From the human T2T-CHM13v2.0 reference genome, Homo sapiens, in assembly GCF_009914755.1 (NCBI RefSeq), contig NC_060939.1: 64,000 nt of DNA; one strand, given 5' to 3'. This document shows, one piece after another, positions 31,788-47,507 of this stretch. The notes beneath the pieces are model-generated. The model did not search any database. It saw only the letters and a program-made list of their open reading frames with translations, and was not told the DNA's origin. Position 1 is the stretch's first letter. Each line of letters opens with the position of its first letter. Position numbers and translations under genes: made by a program.

Positions 31788-33190
31788 TCTAATTTTAAAA
31801 AATATCAATATGCTAAAATACTTACCCGCAAGTTAATGACGCTGATGTTGATGCAAGTGCTGGTAATAGTGCCTTTTTTTCTTTTCTTTTTTAATCCTAA
31901 ATGTGATAGTAAATAGTGACTTTTATTGAGAATATTTTATATGCCCAGCATGTAATCTCAATGCATCCTCATGACACCCTGTGAGATAGTGGTAGCCATT
32001 GACCATGGAGCTGCCCACGTGCTATTGGCCCTTCATCTGGTCACTGTGTCCTGATTCCCATAGAGGGGACTCCATCCTGCCCCACTGCCATTCCTTGTGC
32101 ATCTGAGAGGTGACTCTACCGCAGTGCAGAGGTGTGACATGAACTCAGGCCTGGCCCATCAGAGCATTTCCTTGGCCATTGTGGTTGATTCAGGGATGGC
32201 CACGTGACCCAAAGAGAGCCAACGATGCTTGGGAAGGTCTTACTTTCCCCTGAAGGACGTGAAGCTGAGAAGATGTAGGACCAGGAGTTTCTGCCTCCAG
32301 CTTATGCCCTCCCGAGGAGAACCTGTCTGCAAGCTGTGGGTAGGGGACGCCTACCCAGGGCAGACAGTAGAGCTGGGCCTGGAGATGGAAAGCAGGGCCT
32401 GGCGACATGTGTGCTAGTTTTTGCTTGAACAAGTGTGAGCTATTTGTTTGTTTGTTCCTTGCACCTTGGTGTCTTAGTGATATGAAGGCAAGTACCTTTT
32501 ATACTCCCACCTGCAGACAAGAAGGCCCTATCTAGAAAGAGGGGATGATAAGAGCTTGAACTGGCATCTACAGGGTGTCTTATCAGATCTGGGCAGAGCG
32601 AGAGGGTGGAAGGATGGATGATAATGCAGTTTCTGATGGGATGGCTGGGTGGATGGTGGAGCCCTTCCCTGAGAGAGCCTACGGAAGAAGAGCTGATTTA
32701 GAAGGAAGGTAATGAATTCAGTTTGTGCAATACCCAGGTGCGAATGCAGTCTGGAATTCTCGAGATTGGGTTGGAGATGGGGGTTTGGATGCAGAGCAAA
32801 ACCAGCCAACCAACCAACCAAACAAACAACATCATCCTCAACAACAACAAATCAACCATCCTGAAGAGAGCTGTGTAGTAGGTGGCATTACCCCAGCTGA
32901 TCCAGGTGTAGGGAAGTGGTCTGTTTCCTTGTGCAAGGGTTCTTTTGGGTCTCAGGTGCAGAGTGTTGAGTTATTTCTCAGGCCGTGACACCCCATAATT
33001 ACTGGTTCCTATAAGACCCTATATGTTTGTTTACTTATTCCTTTATTCCCCATTGCCCTCTCCCATTCCTATTCCACCCCCATAGATCACTGTTCTAACA
33101 TGTATTTTGTTTGTAAGTGTTCCTACAAAATGTGTTTTGTTGTTTTACCTGTGCGTATCTTTAATTGATATCAATGGACTGGTGCTATAG

Positions 33191-33650
<460 letters not shown>

Positions 33651-35489
33651 TACGGGGGAGGGAAGTTGCTGGGCCATAGGGTGTGCCTGTACAAGTTTTG
33701 ATCATGTGTGTGGTTTGGAGAATCAATATGGAAATCTGTAGCAAAGTTGCTTATTTATTTGGCCACTTCTGCATCTGGGTGGTGGGAAGGAGGTGATGGG
33801 TTCACCTCTGCATAAAGCCCTAGAAGGGTGTCAGACTCCATTAAATGCTATTGGGAAAAGATTGTCTGGGCCAGTAGACAGCATTTCCAGAGAATTCCCA
33901 AAGGATTGTCCCATACCCCAAATCCCAGGGAGCTGTCCATTGTGAGTCAGAGTACCCTAGTCCTTGCTGGGGCCAGCAAGAGGCTGGGGCCCCCTGGTGT
34001 GAGCTGATTCCTGTCCTCTGGACTGGTAGCATGATATGCTGACATAAGTGCAGTGACATTTGGCCAGGCAATTGAAGAGCTTCAATCTGCAGATAGAAGT
34101 GATGGAAATTCATTTTCTCTTATTTTCCTAATCTTTGTCTGTAAAATAGATTCCTGCAGTGTCATTTCTCTGTTCATTCCAATCTTTGTTAAGGAAATGA
34201 AGTGCTGGAGTTGGATGTCTGTTCAGAGTGCTTTAGCAATCTCCAGGTACCTGACTACTTTAATGTCCCAGGCCGTTGGAAATTGAGCTGGTCTGGCCAG
34301 ACATTTTTCCATTTCAAGTTGTGCTTCCTCTACAGGTTTTATTCACAAGGCACAACAGAGTTCCCACTGAAGGCAGAAGAGACAAGAATAGCCAACTCCC
34401 ATATAATAGCAGTAATATCCTCCCATTGCAACACCCCCTAATGCTCCTCGGATTGTATAGTGCTTTGTGATAACAAAGCTAGTATGGGGCAGGACCAAGA
34501 ATCTTACCGAAGTGACTTGCCCAAGGTCATCCCGCTAGCAAGTGCAGAGCTGGTATGACATCCCTGGGCTCCTGACCCACAGTGCTCTCTGCACTCTAAC
34601 CCTGTAGCCAAAAGAGTGTGGACTTTGGGTTTACTGAATATGGGTTCTAACCTGGCTGTGCTTTTTGCCAGCAGTGTGACCTTGAGCAAGGCATTTACCT
34701 TGGTAGAACTTCAGTTTCCACATCTGAAAAGTGAAGTGAGAAAGAGGATTTCAAGAAATTCAGGAGAGTGGGAGAAGTAGGTTCAAGGAGTAGGTGGCTT
34801 GAGTGGGAGCTATAGAGGCAGGGAGGGGTTGGATCTGCAGGCCTTGTAAGGCACACAGAAGAGTTCGAACTTTATCCTAGGGCAATGGGGAGCCATAGAA
34901 TACTGGGGAGCCAGGGGGTCAGATTTGACTCAGAAACTCGACATTCACTGCTGTGTGGGAGTTGGCGAGGGATGGCTCAGCCCTGTGCCAGGTCACATGG
35001 CTGGGTGAGTGTAGAGCAGGCTAGGTTTCAGCCCCTAGTTTCCCTCTTGAACTGGTGTCCTTGTCCAGTCCAGAAAGTAACCCACACAACTATATGTGAC
35101 ACACCTGCTTCTATTAGAAGCATTTGCTCAGACATCACCTCAAACCAAGGCAGATCTACCCCTAAGAGGGGTTCTGTGCCAGCTGTGAAGGCGCTGACCT
35201 TCCTCCACCTTGTCACATGTGTCATCCTCACCTCACCCCTAGGAGATGGAGGGATTATCTCCACTCTGTTCATGAACAGACAGACACAGAAGGTCAAGTC
35301 GCAGATCCAAAGCCACAGTAAGGGACCAGGTGGGGACTCTGACTGGTCCCTCTGAACCTCAAGTTTCTGTTCTTTCTCCCATCCTCCTGTGCCCTCCACC
35401 CATCCTTCCATCCATGTGCCTCACATATTCCTCAGCACTTCCTCATTGAACATAGAATCATCCTGTGACCCCTCAAACAAATACTTTAC

Positions 35490-36600
<1,111 letters not shown>

Positions 36601-37303
36601 GAAATTTAGTTAAAAGATGGGCTTCAGACCACACTGTGTTATGGCTTTCTTTTCAGATAAGAGTCTTCTAACTGGGGCTATGGCCTTCTCCAGAGCAAGA
36701 CCATCTTGTCTTGTCTTCATCTGTGTGAGTCCTGGTGGCTTTCAAACGAACCTCCTCCCCTAGATTTGTCTTATATTAGGGTGGGGAGTGGTTCACTGGG
36801 TGTCAGCTCTGTCCCCCTATTACCCTGGAAACTGAATTTCTTCCTTGTGGTTCAGCAGACCTGGGACAACCAGCTTTGTGGACTGAGTGTAAATAATGCC
36901 TCTTCTAGCAATGGTCAAAAGAACAGGGTTTAAGCCCCTACGTGCTCAGATTTCCTAGGAGCCTCGTCTCTCTCTCAGACCCCCTTCTCCCAAATGTCCA
37001 GGCATTTCCCAGCTTCACACAAGGTCAGTTTAGTCTGTTCCCAGAGCTGAAACAAAGTGGCAGCTGCCTGAGGCCAGAGGATGCTTCACTGGTCTGGAAG
37101 CTGCAGCACCAATGGGACCTGCCAAGTCAGGGACAGCTGGAGTCTAGGGTGGGTGCTCACAAAGATGCCCCGTCACCTGCAGCTGCTGGCCCTGGAGGGT
37201 GACATCTCTGATCAGGTCTGGAATGGGTGGACCAGGGACCCTGTGGCTGCCCCCTGCACCAGTACACACTCCAGTGCAGGATTTGGAGATCCTCAGAGGG
37301 TGA

Positions 37304-37647
<344 letters not shown>

Positions 37648-37699
37648 CAAGATCCCACTCTTAATGCCCCACCTGGCCAAGGATTTCTAAGTGCCAATT

Positions 37700-38190
37700 G
37701 GTGGGTAAACTGTTCAAGGCAAATTTGTTTGAAAGAGAGGGGGAAAAGGATTTTTTGGCTCTCACCAGTAGCTAATTCAAGGGCTCGTTTCCACATGGTG
37801 GAACCAGGGGTCAAGTGAAGTCATCAGATTCTATCTTTCTCCTCTTGGCTTTTGTGGTCTCCTGTTGGCTTTATCCTTCATACCGGTCTTTTCCATGGAG
37901 GAGGCAACATGGTGACTGGTGGTTTCAGACTCATATTGTCTCAATTCAGCAATAACAATTGAGGTCATTTTCCCTGTTACCTCTGACAGAAAAGTCCCAG
38001 GGCAGCCTCTTACTGCCTCACCAGGATCACCCATGCCTCCCTGAATTAATCATTGTAGTTTCCTTCAGAGAGTACTCTGATTGGTTGGACCTGGCACTGG
38101 ATCTTTACCAAGGCAAGGTGGGGTTGCATGATTGACAGGTCCCTCAGGACCACCAGGAATGGGGGAGCTGTGTCAAAGGAAAAGTGGTTG
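37700..38190 (-). mobile_element. MLT1J-like LTR remnant
   Basis: aaagtcccaggg, ctctgattggttggacctgg, tgattgacag motifs. Confidence 0.55.
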
Positions 38191-39279
38191 CATTACCAGA
38201 GGAGGGAGTCTTTGGTGGGCCCCAAAGACTTTGGGAACCTGAATCTATAACAAGCACCCAAGGGCTGAGCTCCCAGTGGGGCTCTTTTGTGTAGATGCAT
38301 TCTGAGGGCTCCTTTCCCAGAGTGTGGGGCTCTCCCAGAAGAGCCAGCTTGGGCCAGGTTCTGGGGTCCACAGACACACTAACCCAGAGCTCCCATTTCT
38401 CTTGAGACCACTTTGTTTTTGTTCCAGCACTCAAGAAGCCCTTCCTTCTCTGGCTGTCAAGTCTGGACTCATCTCTTGTCTTACACACGGACAGTTGTTT
38501 TAAGGAAAAGCCCCTGGTTGGACTTGCAGATTGGGCACAGCCCTGGACGTATACTACAGGTGCTCATCAAGGCTTGCCTCATCTGTTTACCCTCCAGGTC
38601 ATGCCCCTTTCTACCTCTACACCCTGTTGCATTGCGGGCATGGCCTCCGGAAAAGTCAAGCATGGCGAAAGGAAGCGTGGCCCAGAGCTGGCACGCCACA
38701 GGCAAGTGCGTGCATGAGTGAGTGAGTGAATGATTGCTTGGGTGGATGGCCGACAGTGCTCAACTTCAGAAGGAGATGAAAAAATAAGACACTATCCCCA
38801 ACAGGGTTTGGCAAAAGGCGTTTCTGGCCAACTCAAGCCTGGGATCTATCACATCCCAAATCAATTTTCAGACTTAGAACAAAAATGCATATCTATCCCC
38901 CTCCCGTTCCCTCTGCCTCCCCTCCCAAAAGAACGCGTCTGCGGGGACAGATGGCCCTGTGTCAGCGTCCCTGTGTGATATTGATGTGAACAGCGAGGGA
39001 AGGCGACGTGTCTCATGGCTGTAAAAATAGACGTGCATTAGGAATGCATGAAGTCAGACTCCTCCTCCGGCCACACCAGGCGTGCTATTCTAAATCCAGC
39101 GCTCATGGGCTTGGTATCCAACCACCCGGCAAGGCAAAGCAGTGGTCTGGAACTTGACATTTAAAGGGTTTGAAAGAAATAGAAAGAGGCACCGAGATTT
39201 CTTTTTTTAAGTCAGTCTGGCTATTTCTGAATGGGGCATGCCAATGAAGCTGGAGACCAAATCCACTGCATTTTTGAAC

Positions 39280-39540
39280 CATAGCATCTGAGAGATGGAG
39301 GGGGCTGTAGGAGCTGTTCGGTCTGGTCTCCCTCCCAATGCAGGGATTCCTTTCACAGAGCCTCTGATGGTTGTCTAGTTTCTGCTTGGATACCTCGAGT
39401 GATGGGGTACTCTTTACCTCGAGGGGCACAGTTTCATTGTTGGATGTTGTTGGATGCCTCTGGCTGCTACCGCAAAGTGCTTTTAGGAAAAGATTGAGTT
39501 GATATCTAATCTCTCTGAAATGTTCCTCCACTGACCCTGG
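39280..39540 (-). mobile_element. L3/CR1 3' fragment
   Basis: ttctgcttggatacctcgagtgatgggg...ttcattgttgga CR1 signature. Confidence 0.65.
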
Positions 39541-41260
39541 GGTTTAGGACCATTTTATGCTCTTGAAATTTATATCCACTGCTATTTGCTGGGCTCCTTC
39601 TATGTGCTCAGCCCTGCATAAGGAGCTATGGAGGATGAAAGAGAAAACATCATTTCCAAAAGCCAGCTAACACCGATCTGGGGAGATAATGAACATGTGC
39701 AGAGTAATGAGATAGGGCATGGCGACAGGAACTTATTAAATTTGACATCGTGTGATACTGCCTGTTTCCTTCCCAAAGTCAGTGGCAATTTTTGCCACCC
39801 CCATATTGGTTAATGGGAACTGTATTTTAGCAATGGCTCTGGCTGTGGGCTTGGAAAGACCTTGGTTTATTCTTACTTGCTCCAGACCCAGCCAGCCCCT
39901 CACTGCATCCTGTAGAGTGATCACTCACAAGCATCTCTCAGTGTCTCTCTCCTCCTGAGAACGCTATCATCACCGTCCCCAGCTTGGGGTCCCGGGCTCC
40001 CTTGTAGCTTGCCACTATATTGCTCCCTTTGGGCTCTGCGTTCTACTCAGCACTCCCCTTGAGCTAGCTCTAGCCGTACACTTGCACCCACAGATGACTT
40101 CTGCTTCCTCCAGTGCCTCTCCTTCTTTCCAAATGTCCAAGTTCCATTGCGTCTTTGAAGCCAGTGGCAGTTTGCCTTCTCTGTGTTCTCTGCATCTAGG
40201 TGTAAACAATTTGCCTGTTTCCCAATGGCTGCAGTTTTCTCTATAGCAAAACTACTGGCCACCCCTTGAACCCTGTCTCTTGGCTTTTAAAACTCACAGC
40301 CCCATATGACAGAAAAAAAATAATGGGTTTGGTGTCACAAGACTTGGGTTCAAATCACGACTCTGCCACTTACTAGCTGTGCTCTCGGGCACATCACAGA
40401 CTCTCACTGGTCCTCAGTATTCGCACTTGCATTGTGGGATGAATTCCACCCACCTCTTTGGGTTGCTGATTAATCAAGACAATGAATGTAGCAAGTCTTT
40501 ACCAAATACACACTGCCTTACAGGTAGTGGTTATTATCATTGTCCTGCCTTCTTTTAAAAGAGAAGGAAACTGGGCTTAGGCCCTTTTTATGTCCTTGGA
40601 ATGTGTATCAGCAAGTATTTTTGGGGCACTGGCTGTTTGTATAGCCTTGTGTGATGACCTTAGGGGGTTAAAAGCAAAGGCATGGTTTCCAGCCAGGGAG
40701 CTCACACTCTGGAGAGGTAATGAACACATGTGGAGAAATGAGCCTGTGGGATTGGACAGGGTATTATTAAACTTGACATTGTGTGATGCTGCCTGAAAGT
40801 AGCATAGGGTTCTGAGAGGGGGTTGCGGACAGCAAGGGTGACTGGGGTGGGCTTCCTGGAAGAGGTATCCTGGAGTCAGAGCATAAAGGGTGGGTGGGTA
40901 ACCTCTGGGAAGGTGGAGAGGAAGTAGGAGGGCAGTCGGCAGGGTGATTTCTCTGAAGAATGCAGCCCACCCTGGCTGCAGTTGGATGAGAGAGAGGGAC
41001 TCCTTTTCAGTCAGGTGCTGTGCTGGGCGCTTATTTGCATCTCACAACTCTGGATTGAAACCTGGAGAGCTGCTTATAGACAGTTCCTCATTTGCAGATG
41101 AGAAAACTGCAGCTAAGGGAGCTTTAGTGACTTGTCCAAGGCCCCACACCTAAGAGGGGATGGAGTGAAGGTTTTCCATCAGGTGAGCAGCAACTCAGAA
41201 AGTCTGTTAGACCCTTGTAAGCGGAAAGGCCAACTCTCAGCCCCTGTCCCCAGTCAGCCT

Positions 41261-42010
41261 TGAAACCACCTTTGCAAACATTACGACAATGAGAAAAATC
41301 TGACATGGGAAAATTATGACAGTGAAAGAAATCTGACTTAACTAACACCATCTTGCTTTTAACCTCCAAGCTGCCCTCGTTCATTCCTGGGCATAGGCTG
41401 GGTAAAGTATAGAAAGAATTTAGATTGTAGTTTAACTTTGAAACAAAGATGATAACAGCCTGTTCCTGAAATAAACCTCCTCCTTGCCTGGGAACCAGAT
41501 CGCCTGTGTAAAACTAACAAATGAGCCGCAAGATTAGAAATTACAGCTCAGAAGTCATGCAGCCAGAGGCCACAAGATTCCTAACCTCCCCACTTGCTCC
41601 TATGGATAACATCACTACTGTAAAACCTGAGATTGATGTTCTAGATATTTTTCAAACCCTGCCTTCTAATGAACCAGCTGGCACCACCCAGGTCGGTAAA
41701 CTGGCTCAACTAGTTCTGTGATCCCACTCAGGAACTGAAAGCAGCAGGAAGAACTTGCTTCAACCCTCTCTGATTTTATCCCGACCCAACCAATCATTGT
41801 TCCATACTTCCTGGCTCTCTGCCCCCCAGATTATCCTTAAAAAACCCTAGTTTCTGAATTTTCAGGGAGGCTGATCAAAGTAATAAAACTCCAGTCTCCT
41901 GTTTAGCTGGCCCTGTGTTTATTAAATTCTTTCTCTATTGCAATAACACTGTCTCAGTAAATTGGCTGTATTTTGTGCCATGGTCAAGAAAAAGCCATTG
42001 GGCCATTGCA
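41261..42010 (+). mobile_element. LTR8-family (LTR8B-like) ERV1 solo LTR
   Basis: TGAAACCACCTTTGCAAA start, ...CA end, perfect TSD GCCT (41257-41260, 42011-42014). Confidence 0.85.
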
Positions 42011-45000
42011 GCCTTGTGACTGTATCTGCCTCAGACCCGACTGACCCCAGCAGAGCAGGGAAACTGACCCATCAGCATCAATCTACAGAGTGACCAGTAA
42101 CTTAGTGTGTGGCTTGGTATGAGAAGATGGGCCAAGCAGATTCAGGCTCTTGGGAATTGGAATTAAGAAACCCAGGGAGAATAAGGCAGGTAGAATCAGA
42201 GACAGATTCTGAAATGATATCTATGGGTAGAGGCAAGGCTGCAGTTGGCCTTTTGCAGGCTAAAGCTGGGAGACCACAGAAATCATAAAGAAGCAGGAAG
42301 TGGCTCTCAGGCCTTGAGAAGGCAAGTGGGGAAGCACTGGTGCTGAGAGATCCGGTACAATATGCGGAGAGGCTACGAAGGAGAATGGCCATGCAGCCAT
42401 GCGAACAGACTGGGTTCTTGGGGTCCCTCCGACCACATCCAGTTATGATCTCCATCCACAAATGAGCTCCCTCCCATTTCCCCCCACCTTTCTTGAGGGG
42501 GAAAGGTTTATGGTTCCAAGTGCCTAACCATAAACCCTCTCGCCCCTCTGTTCTGTCTCAGGAAGAGGGCTGGAGACACACTTGCTGTTCTTTTGGGAAA
42601 AGAGGCATGGTAGTCAAACAATAGGATTGAGGAGCATTTGCAGAGTCAGCTGTCTTCTCCAGCCACAGCACGCATGTTCCACCCTAGCTGGGGCAGAACT
42701 GTGGGCTGGCCTGGCTGTGAGCCTTGTGGGACTACGAGAAGCCTCCAGCTTAGGACTCAGAGTCTCAGATGCCCCAGGAGAGAGGAGGAGACTGGAGAGG
42801 CCAGCACGCACAGTGACTTAATCCAAGAAGGTGACTTTAAGGGGTGCGGGGGTAGAAATGAGCCAAAGGGCCCAGGTGGTAGAGAGGAGGTACAGGGCAT
42901 TGAGGGCCCTTGGGCACAGAGCATCCCAGCTCTGCCTGTCACTCACCTTTGCTAAGGCAGGACCCCACATTTGGTTTTGGTTTCTTATGAAGTGGGAGTG
43001 GATCCCAAGGGCTGAGGCTAGCATCCCCTGGCCCAACCAAGAGTATGTGTGGGGAAGTGGGGATCAGAAAGGAGTCAGAGTAGGGATCAGAACAAGTCAG
43101 GATGCCATTCTCCTAACCCCAGCAAGTCAATTTAGCCCCCACAGGCTCATCCATTTCCTGTCACACATTTAACACTTACATTAAACACACCTTCCTTCTC
43201 TTTCTGCGGAAGTTTGTTAGTGGCAAGAGCGTGGGTTTGAGGCCAGGCCTGTGCTGACTTCCAGCCTGGCCACTTTGTTGCAGGAGGACCTAGGGAAAGT
43301 GTTGTCAGTGTCCTTATCTATAAAACAAGATTATCACACATCACTTAGGAGTGTGAGAGGACTAAAGGAGATAATGCACGCCTGGCACACAGTAGAAGCT
43401 CAGCCAATGGAAGCTGAGCCAGGAGCAAAGCCACCTCCCTTCCCTCCTTCTTTCTCTAGCTTTAGTCCTGAGTTTGGAAGGGTCTGTTTGAGGAGATGAA
43501 GTAGAGCCGCCGTTGGCTTTTACACCATCCTTGATGAGAAGCCAGTGATGAGGAGCTGACTTCACCTGGGAGAGCCCCAGACAGGGCCCCTCTATCCTTA
43601 TTATTCTATGCCCCAGGTCATCTGACCACCTGGACCTTCCCACCAAGGTGAAAAAACCTGAGGGATTTTTCACCCAACACCTGTAGAAGGTTTTGTTTGT
43701 TTGCTTGTTTAAATTACAGACTTTACAGACAGACTTTACAGTTCTGGAACCATTGACTCAAAAGAGTCCCAGGGGCTGGAAATGAATCAATTCTGCCTTC
43801 ACCTGCCTCTTCTTCCTTCTCTTCCTCATTTTAAGAGAAAGGCTCTTTATTGGTGGCAGTTCATATAGGTCAGTGACCCGGGCTCCTAGCCTCCCTGTGT
43901 AGTGGACTCTGCCTCCAGTGCTTGAGCTGAGAGTTTTCACGTGAGAAGCAGTGGCTGGAAGTTGTACTCCTAGGAGCTATGAGCGGCAGGTAGGCAGAGT
44001 CGTAGATTCATCCTACAGGTCAGAAAGCAGGCTGGGGAGTTCAAAGGGGAGGGGCAGGGTGCTTGCTGGTGCTAACTGGATTTGATATCCTGAGGAAAGT
44101 TATATTTTGGATCCAGCATTCTCTGATTTGTCCTCCTCTAGCTTCCCCAAGAGTCATACAAATATTGGGGGATTCACAAGCATTGTCCCCCACTGGTGAA
44201 CACCAGGAACAAGTGGGCAGTGGGGGCTGCAGAGTGTTTCTAGAGAAAGGGCTTAGGGGTGGCCCCTGCCTGGGTGGCACAGTGAGCACACTGTACTCCT
44301 AGGTAGATCGGATATTGACTTGGAGAGGTCTTGGAGAAAGGCTGATGAAGGTGATCGACAGCCTAAATCTCTGAAGCCGTCTCCTGATGCAACCTCTGAC
44401 CCAACAATCTCTGGGTCTTGCTGTTATCAGCTCCATCAGTTTTACTGGGTGAGTAATTCATTTACCTGCTGTTATTGCCAGGGTGTCATCCTTTTCCTAG
44501 TTCCTGGTGGAATTGGAGATATGCTATCGGGAGTCCTTTTAGAAAGTGCCTTGTCTCCTATCCCATCTTTATAGCCCTGCATCTCACATCTCCAGCGACC
44601 TTGGCCTGCAGCCTGTTAAGGGGATTGGTGCTGAAGGCTGCTAAGCTCACCTTGAGAGCCCGTGATAGCAAAGGCTGGGGTGATGCTCACAGCCTCCTTT
44701 GTTCTTTTATTTGCCCAGCCCTGAGCAAACAAGCCTCAATAAACTAAATGGCATTTGGATATTGAAAATGCAAAGAGAAAGTGTCTGGAAGAACAATAAA
44801 GGAGTTAGAGCAGAGGTTGCGTGCAGGAGGAGATTACATTGTCTAATTCCCCTCAAAGGCACCATGGTTTTCCAAACAAGAAGTGTTTATCTGAAGCCTG
44901 GGTGAGAGCCCAATCGGAGTTTTGCTCTAACAACATCAACCTTATTTGACTGGATGCTGACTCAGAAGCTGTGATTTTGTAGGCAGGACCTGTGCTCACA

Positions 45001-45284
45001 TCTTAGCTAGGCCCCAGGAATGATACAAAATGATGCCAGGTCGCAGAAGCCCTTGGCCTCAATGGGGAGGAAAAATGGATAAGAACAAAGCAACTGGGGG
45101 ACCATAAAGGCCTGAACCAAGAGGCAATGGCTCTTCCAGGAAGCTTCTGGCCTCTCCTGGAAATCAATTACTTCTTTCTTCCCTGTGAATCCACAGCACT
45201 TGGCTAGCGCTTCCATAATTGCACAGAATTAAGTTTCTATCTTTGCATAGTAAATTATTTATATTTTTGTCTCTCTCTTTAGAC

Positions 45285-45484
45285 CAGAGGGTCTGCAAAC
45301 CATGGCCCAAGTAGCTTTTGTAAATAAAGTTTTATTGGAACATGGCCACTCATTTGTTGATACGTTGTCCGTGGCTGCGTTTGTACTTGAAGGGCCGAGT
45401 CGGGTTATTATTGCAACAGAGATGGTCTGCAAAACTGAAGTATTTACCATCTGGTCCTTTACAGAAAAGGTTCGCGGACCTCTG
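45285..45484. mobile_element. MER58A nested in L2 3' end
   Basis: ttttgtaaataaagttttattggaac...tggtcctttacagaaaagg. Confidence 0.85.
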
Positions 45485-46377
45485 ATTAGACCATGGGCTG
45501 GTGGAGAGCAGGGACTGGGTCTTACTCATATTTCAATCCCTAGGCACAGTGCTGCGCACAAGATGGACTTCCATAAATGCTTAATTAAGGAAAGAAGTGT
45601 CCAAGCTGGAGAGAATGAAGAGCATCAAGGGGAAACAGTTAAATTACTTAAGAGCAAGAGCCAGTTTTCCTAAGACTTTAAAAGCCTTCATTTACATATA
45701 CAGAGTTGATAAGCTAATTACACAACAATCTTGTCCTAACCGTTAAATCAGCCCCCTAAGGTCTTGTTAGATAACACCTTGTTAACCTAGTTCAAGGAAA
45801 CCTGCTGTTTCTCGAAAATAATAAAAGCTCAATTTCTGCAATCCAAACTCGACTCCCCCAACCACTCCAATCTCTCTTTAGTCTGAATTAGATATTAAAT
45901 CGACATTTCCACTGAATTGGAAACGACCATGAAAATAATCAGTATTGCTCTATAAGTATGGCATTTCTCGAACTGTAGAGGCTGGCTGAGTGCAGCCCTA
46001 TTTTATCCATCCTGCACTGTAGGCCTAGTCCTCAGGGCCCACATGCTTTCCCAGGACCTAAGAAAATGATCGTGACATGGAAATTTAAAAAGTGTTGCCT
46101 CCAAAATTAACATTCCTTGCAACTGAGCAAAACCAATATGAAAAAATGTTTAATTATGAGTCTACTAAGCAAATGACATTATACCAGCTCCAACTCAACT
46201 CCTACAGTTATTTATAAATTAGATGAAATGCGAGATGTGGGTGCATGTTAAGATGTTAGTTATGATGTAAGGGTGGTGCCTCCAGATGTGAAAATGGATG
46301 CAGAGGAGGATGTGCGTTTTGGGGGTCCCAAAGCTCACACAATTTTAGGACCTTTCTTTAAGAAAATGGATGCAGCA

Positions 46378-46480
46378 CTTGAACCCGGGAGGTGGAGGTA
46401 GCAGTGAGCTGAAATTGTGCCACTGCACTCCAGTCTGAGCGACAGAGTGAGACTCCCTCTCAAAAAAGAAAAGGAAAGAA
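46378..46480 (+). mobile_element. 5'-truncated Alu (part of right arm)
   Basis: 18-bp TSD AAGAAAATGGAT(G/A)CAGCA. Confidence 0.9.
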
Positions 46481-47331
46481 AAGAAAATGGATACAGCAAT
46501 ATCTTACTTCTGCAAATTTTAGCCAAGCATATGACCAGGTGAACACTCAGTATGGGTACTTCCAGAGCTCTGCAATGACCAGTGCAGGTCATTGCACTGC
46601 ATTCAGAGAGGTTCTGAAGTCCAAGATTCCTCAGCCTGATGGTAAATACTCCCCAGGGTGGATGGGTTGTTACATCAATTATAGTAGAATGAGCTTGGAA
46701 AGTGCTGTCACCCCAGGCTTGGAGAGTCACACAATTCCTGTTAACTCTTTAAATGTTCTGAGAAAGTCCTCCAGTTCAGAAAGTTAACTTTATTTGACCC
46801 AGAGTTTTCAAAACTTGGTTTTTTTTCTTTTTCTTTTTCTTTCTTTCTTTTTTTTTTTTTTTTGCTATAGAGACCCTCTCTGGGTGAACATTTTTGAACA
46901 TCTCAGAAAGGGCTGGGAAAGGTTGACTTAGTCCCTTCTGCCTTCCGCTGCCCCCGCAATGCTCTTTCATTTTATGAAGAAGGAAACAGCAAGGACTCTG
47001 ACTTCTCTGTTATCTCAGAAAAGAGCTGAAATTATCCCTCAACCTCAACCTCAGGTTGCAGACACGGCAGGTCAGAGAGGAGTTTTTCTGCAGAGGGTGG
47101 TCAGGGAGGAGAGGGGTTAGCTTAGAGGACAGGGCCAGACCTACTCATAAGGTATTTCTAATGTAGCGAAACACTTCCTCCAGAAAAAAAAAAAAAAAAA
47201 AATTCCACACCTTTCTCTTGTTCAGAATTTTAAAAGAATGGGGCATTTTGCTTCAGATGGGGGCAAAAGTGGCTTGATGTGTGGATTCCTGTGTCTCACT
47301 TTCTCTTGCTTTCTTCTTTAAGAGTTTAGCC

Positions 47332-47507
47332 CAAGCCTGGAAACATCATTTTCAGGTCCCTGTGCAAAATGGAAATGCTGGGGCTCCCTGTTCTAGAATT
47401 ATTCAGAATTTCAAGAGAGCATTCAACCAAGTGGGGGGTGGTGCCCTTTGGAGCTCAGGCCCTGAATAACTAGCCTCATAGGTTGCGTGCCCATGAAGCC
47501 AGTCCTA
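47332..47507. mobile_element. MER45A
   Basis: gtgcaaaatggaaatg...gcccatgaagccagtcct. Confidence 0.75.

Noticed and set aside
38129-38138. Second TGATTGACAG decamer
   Set aside because: Lies in an MLT1-like remnant whose consensus carries it; no supporting context
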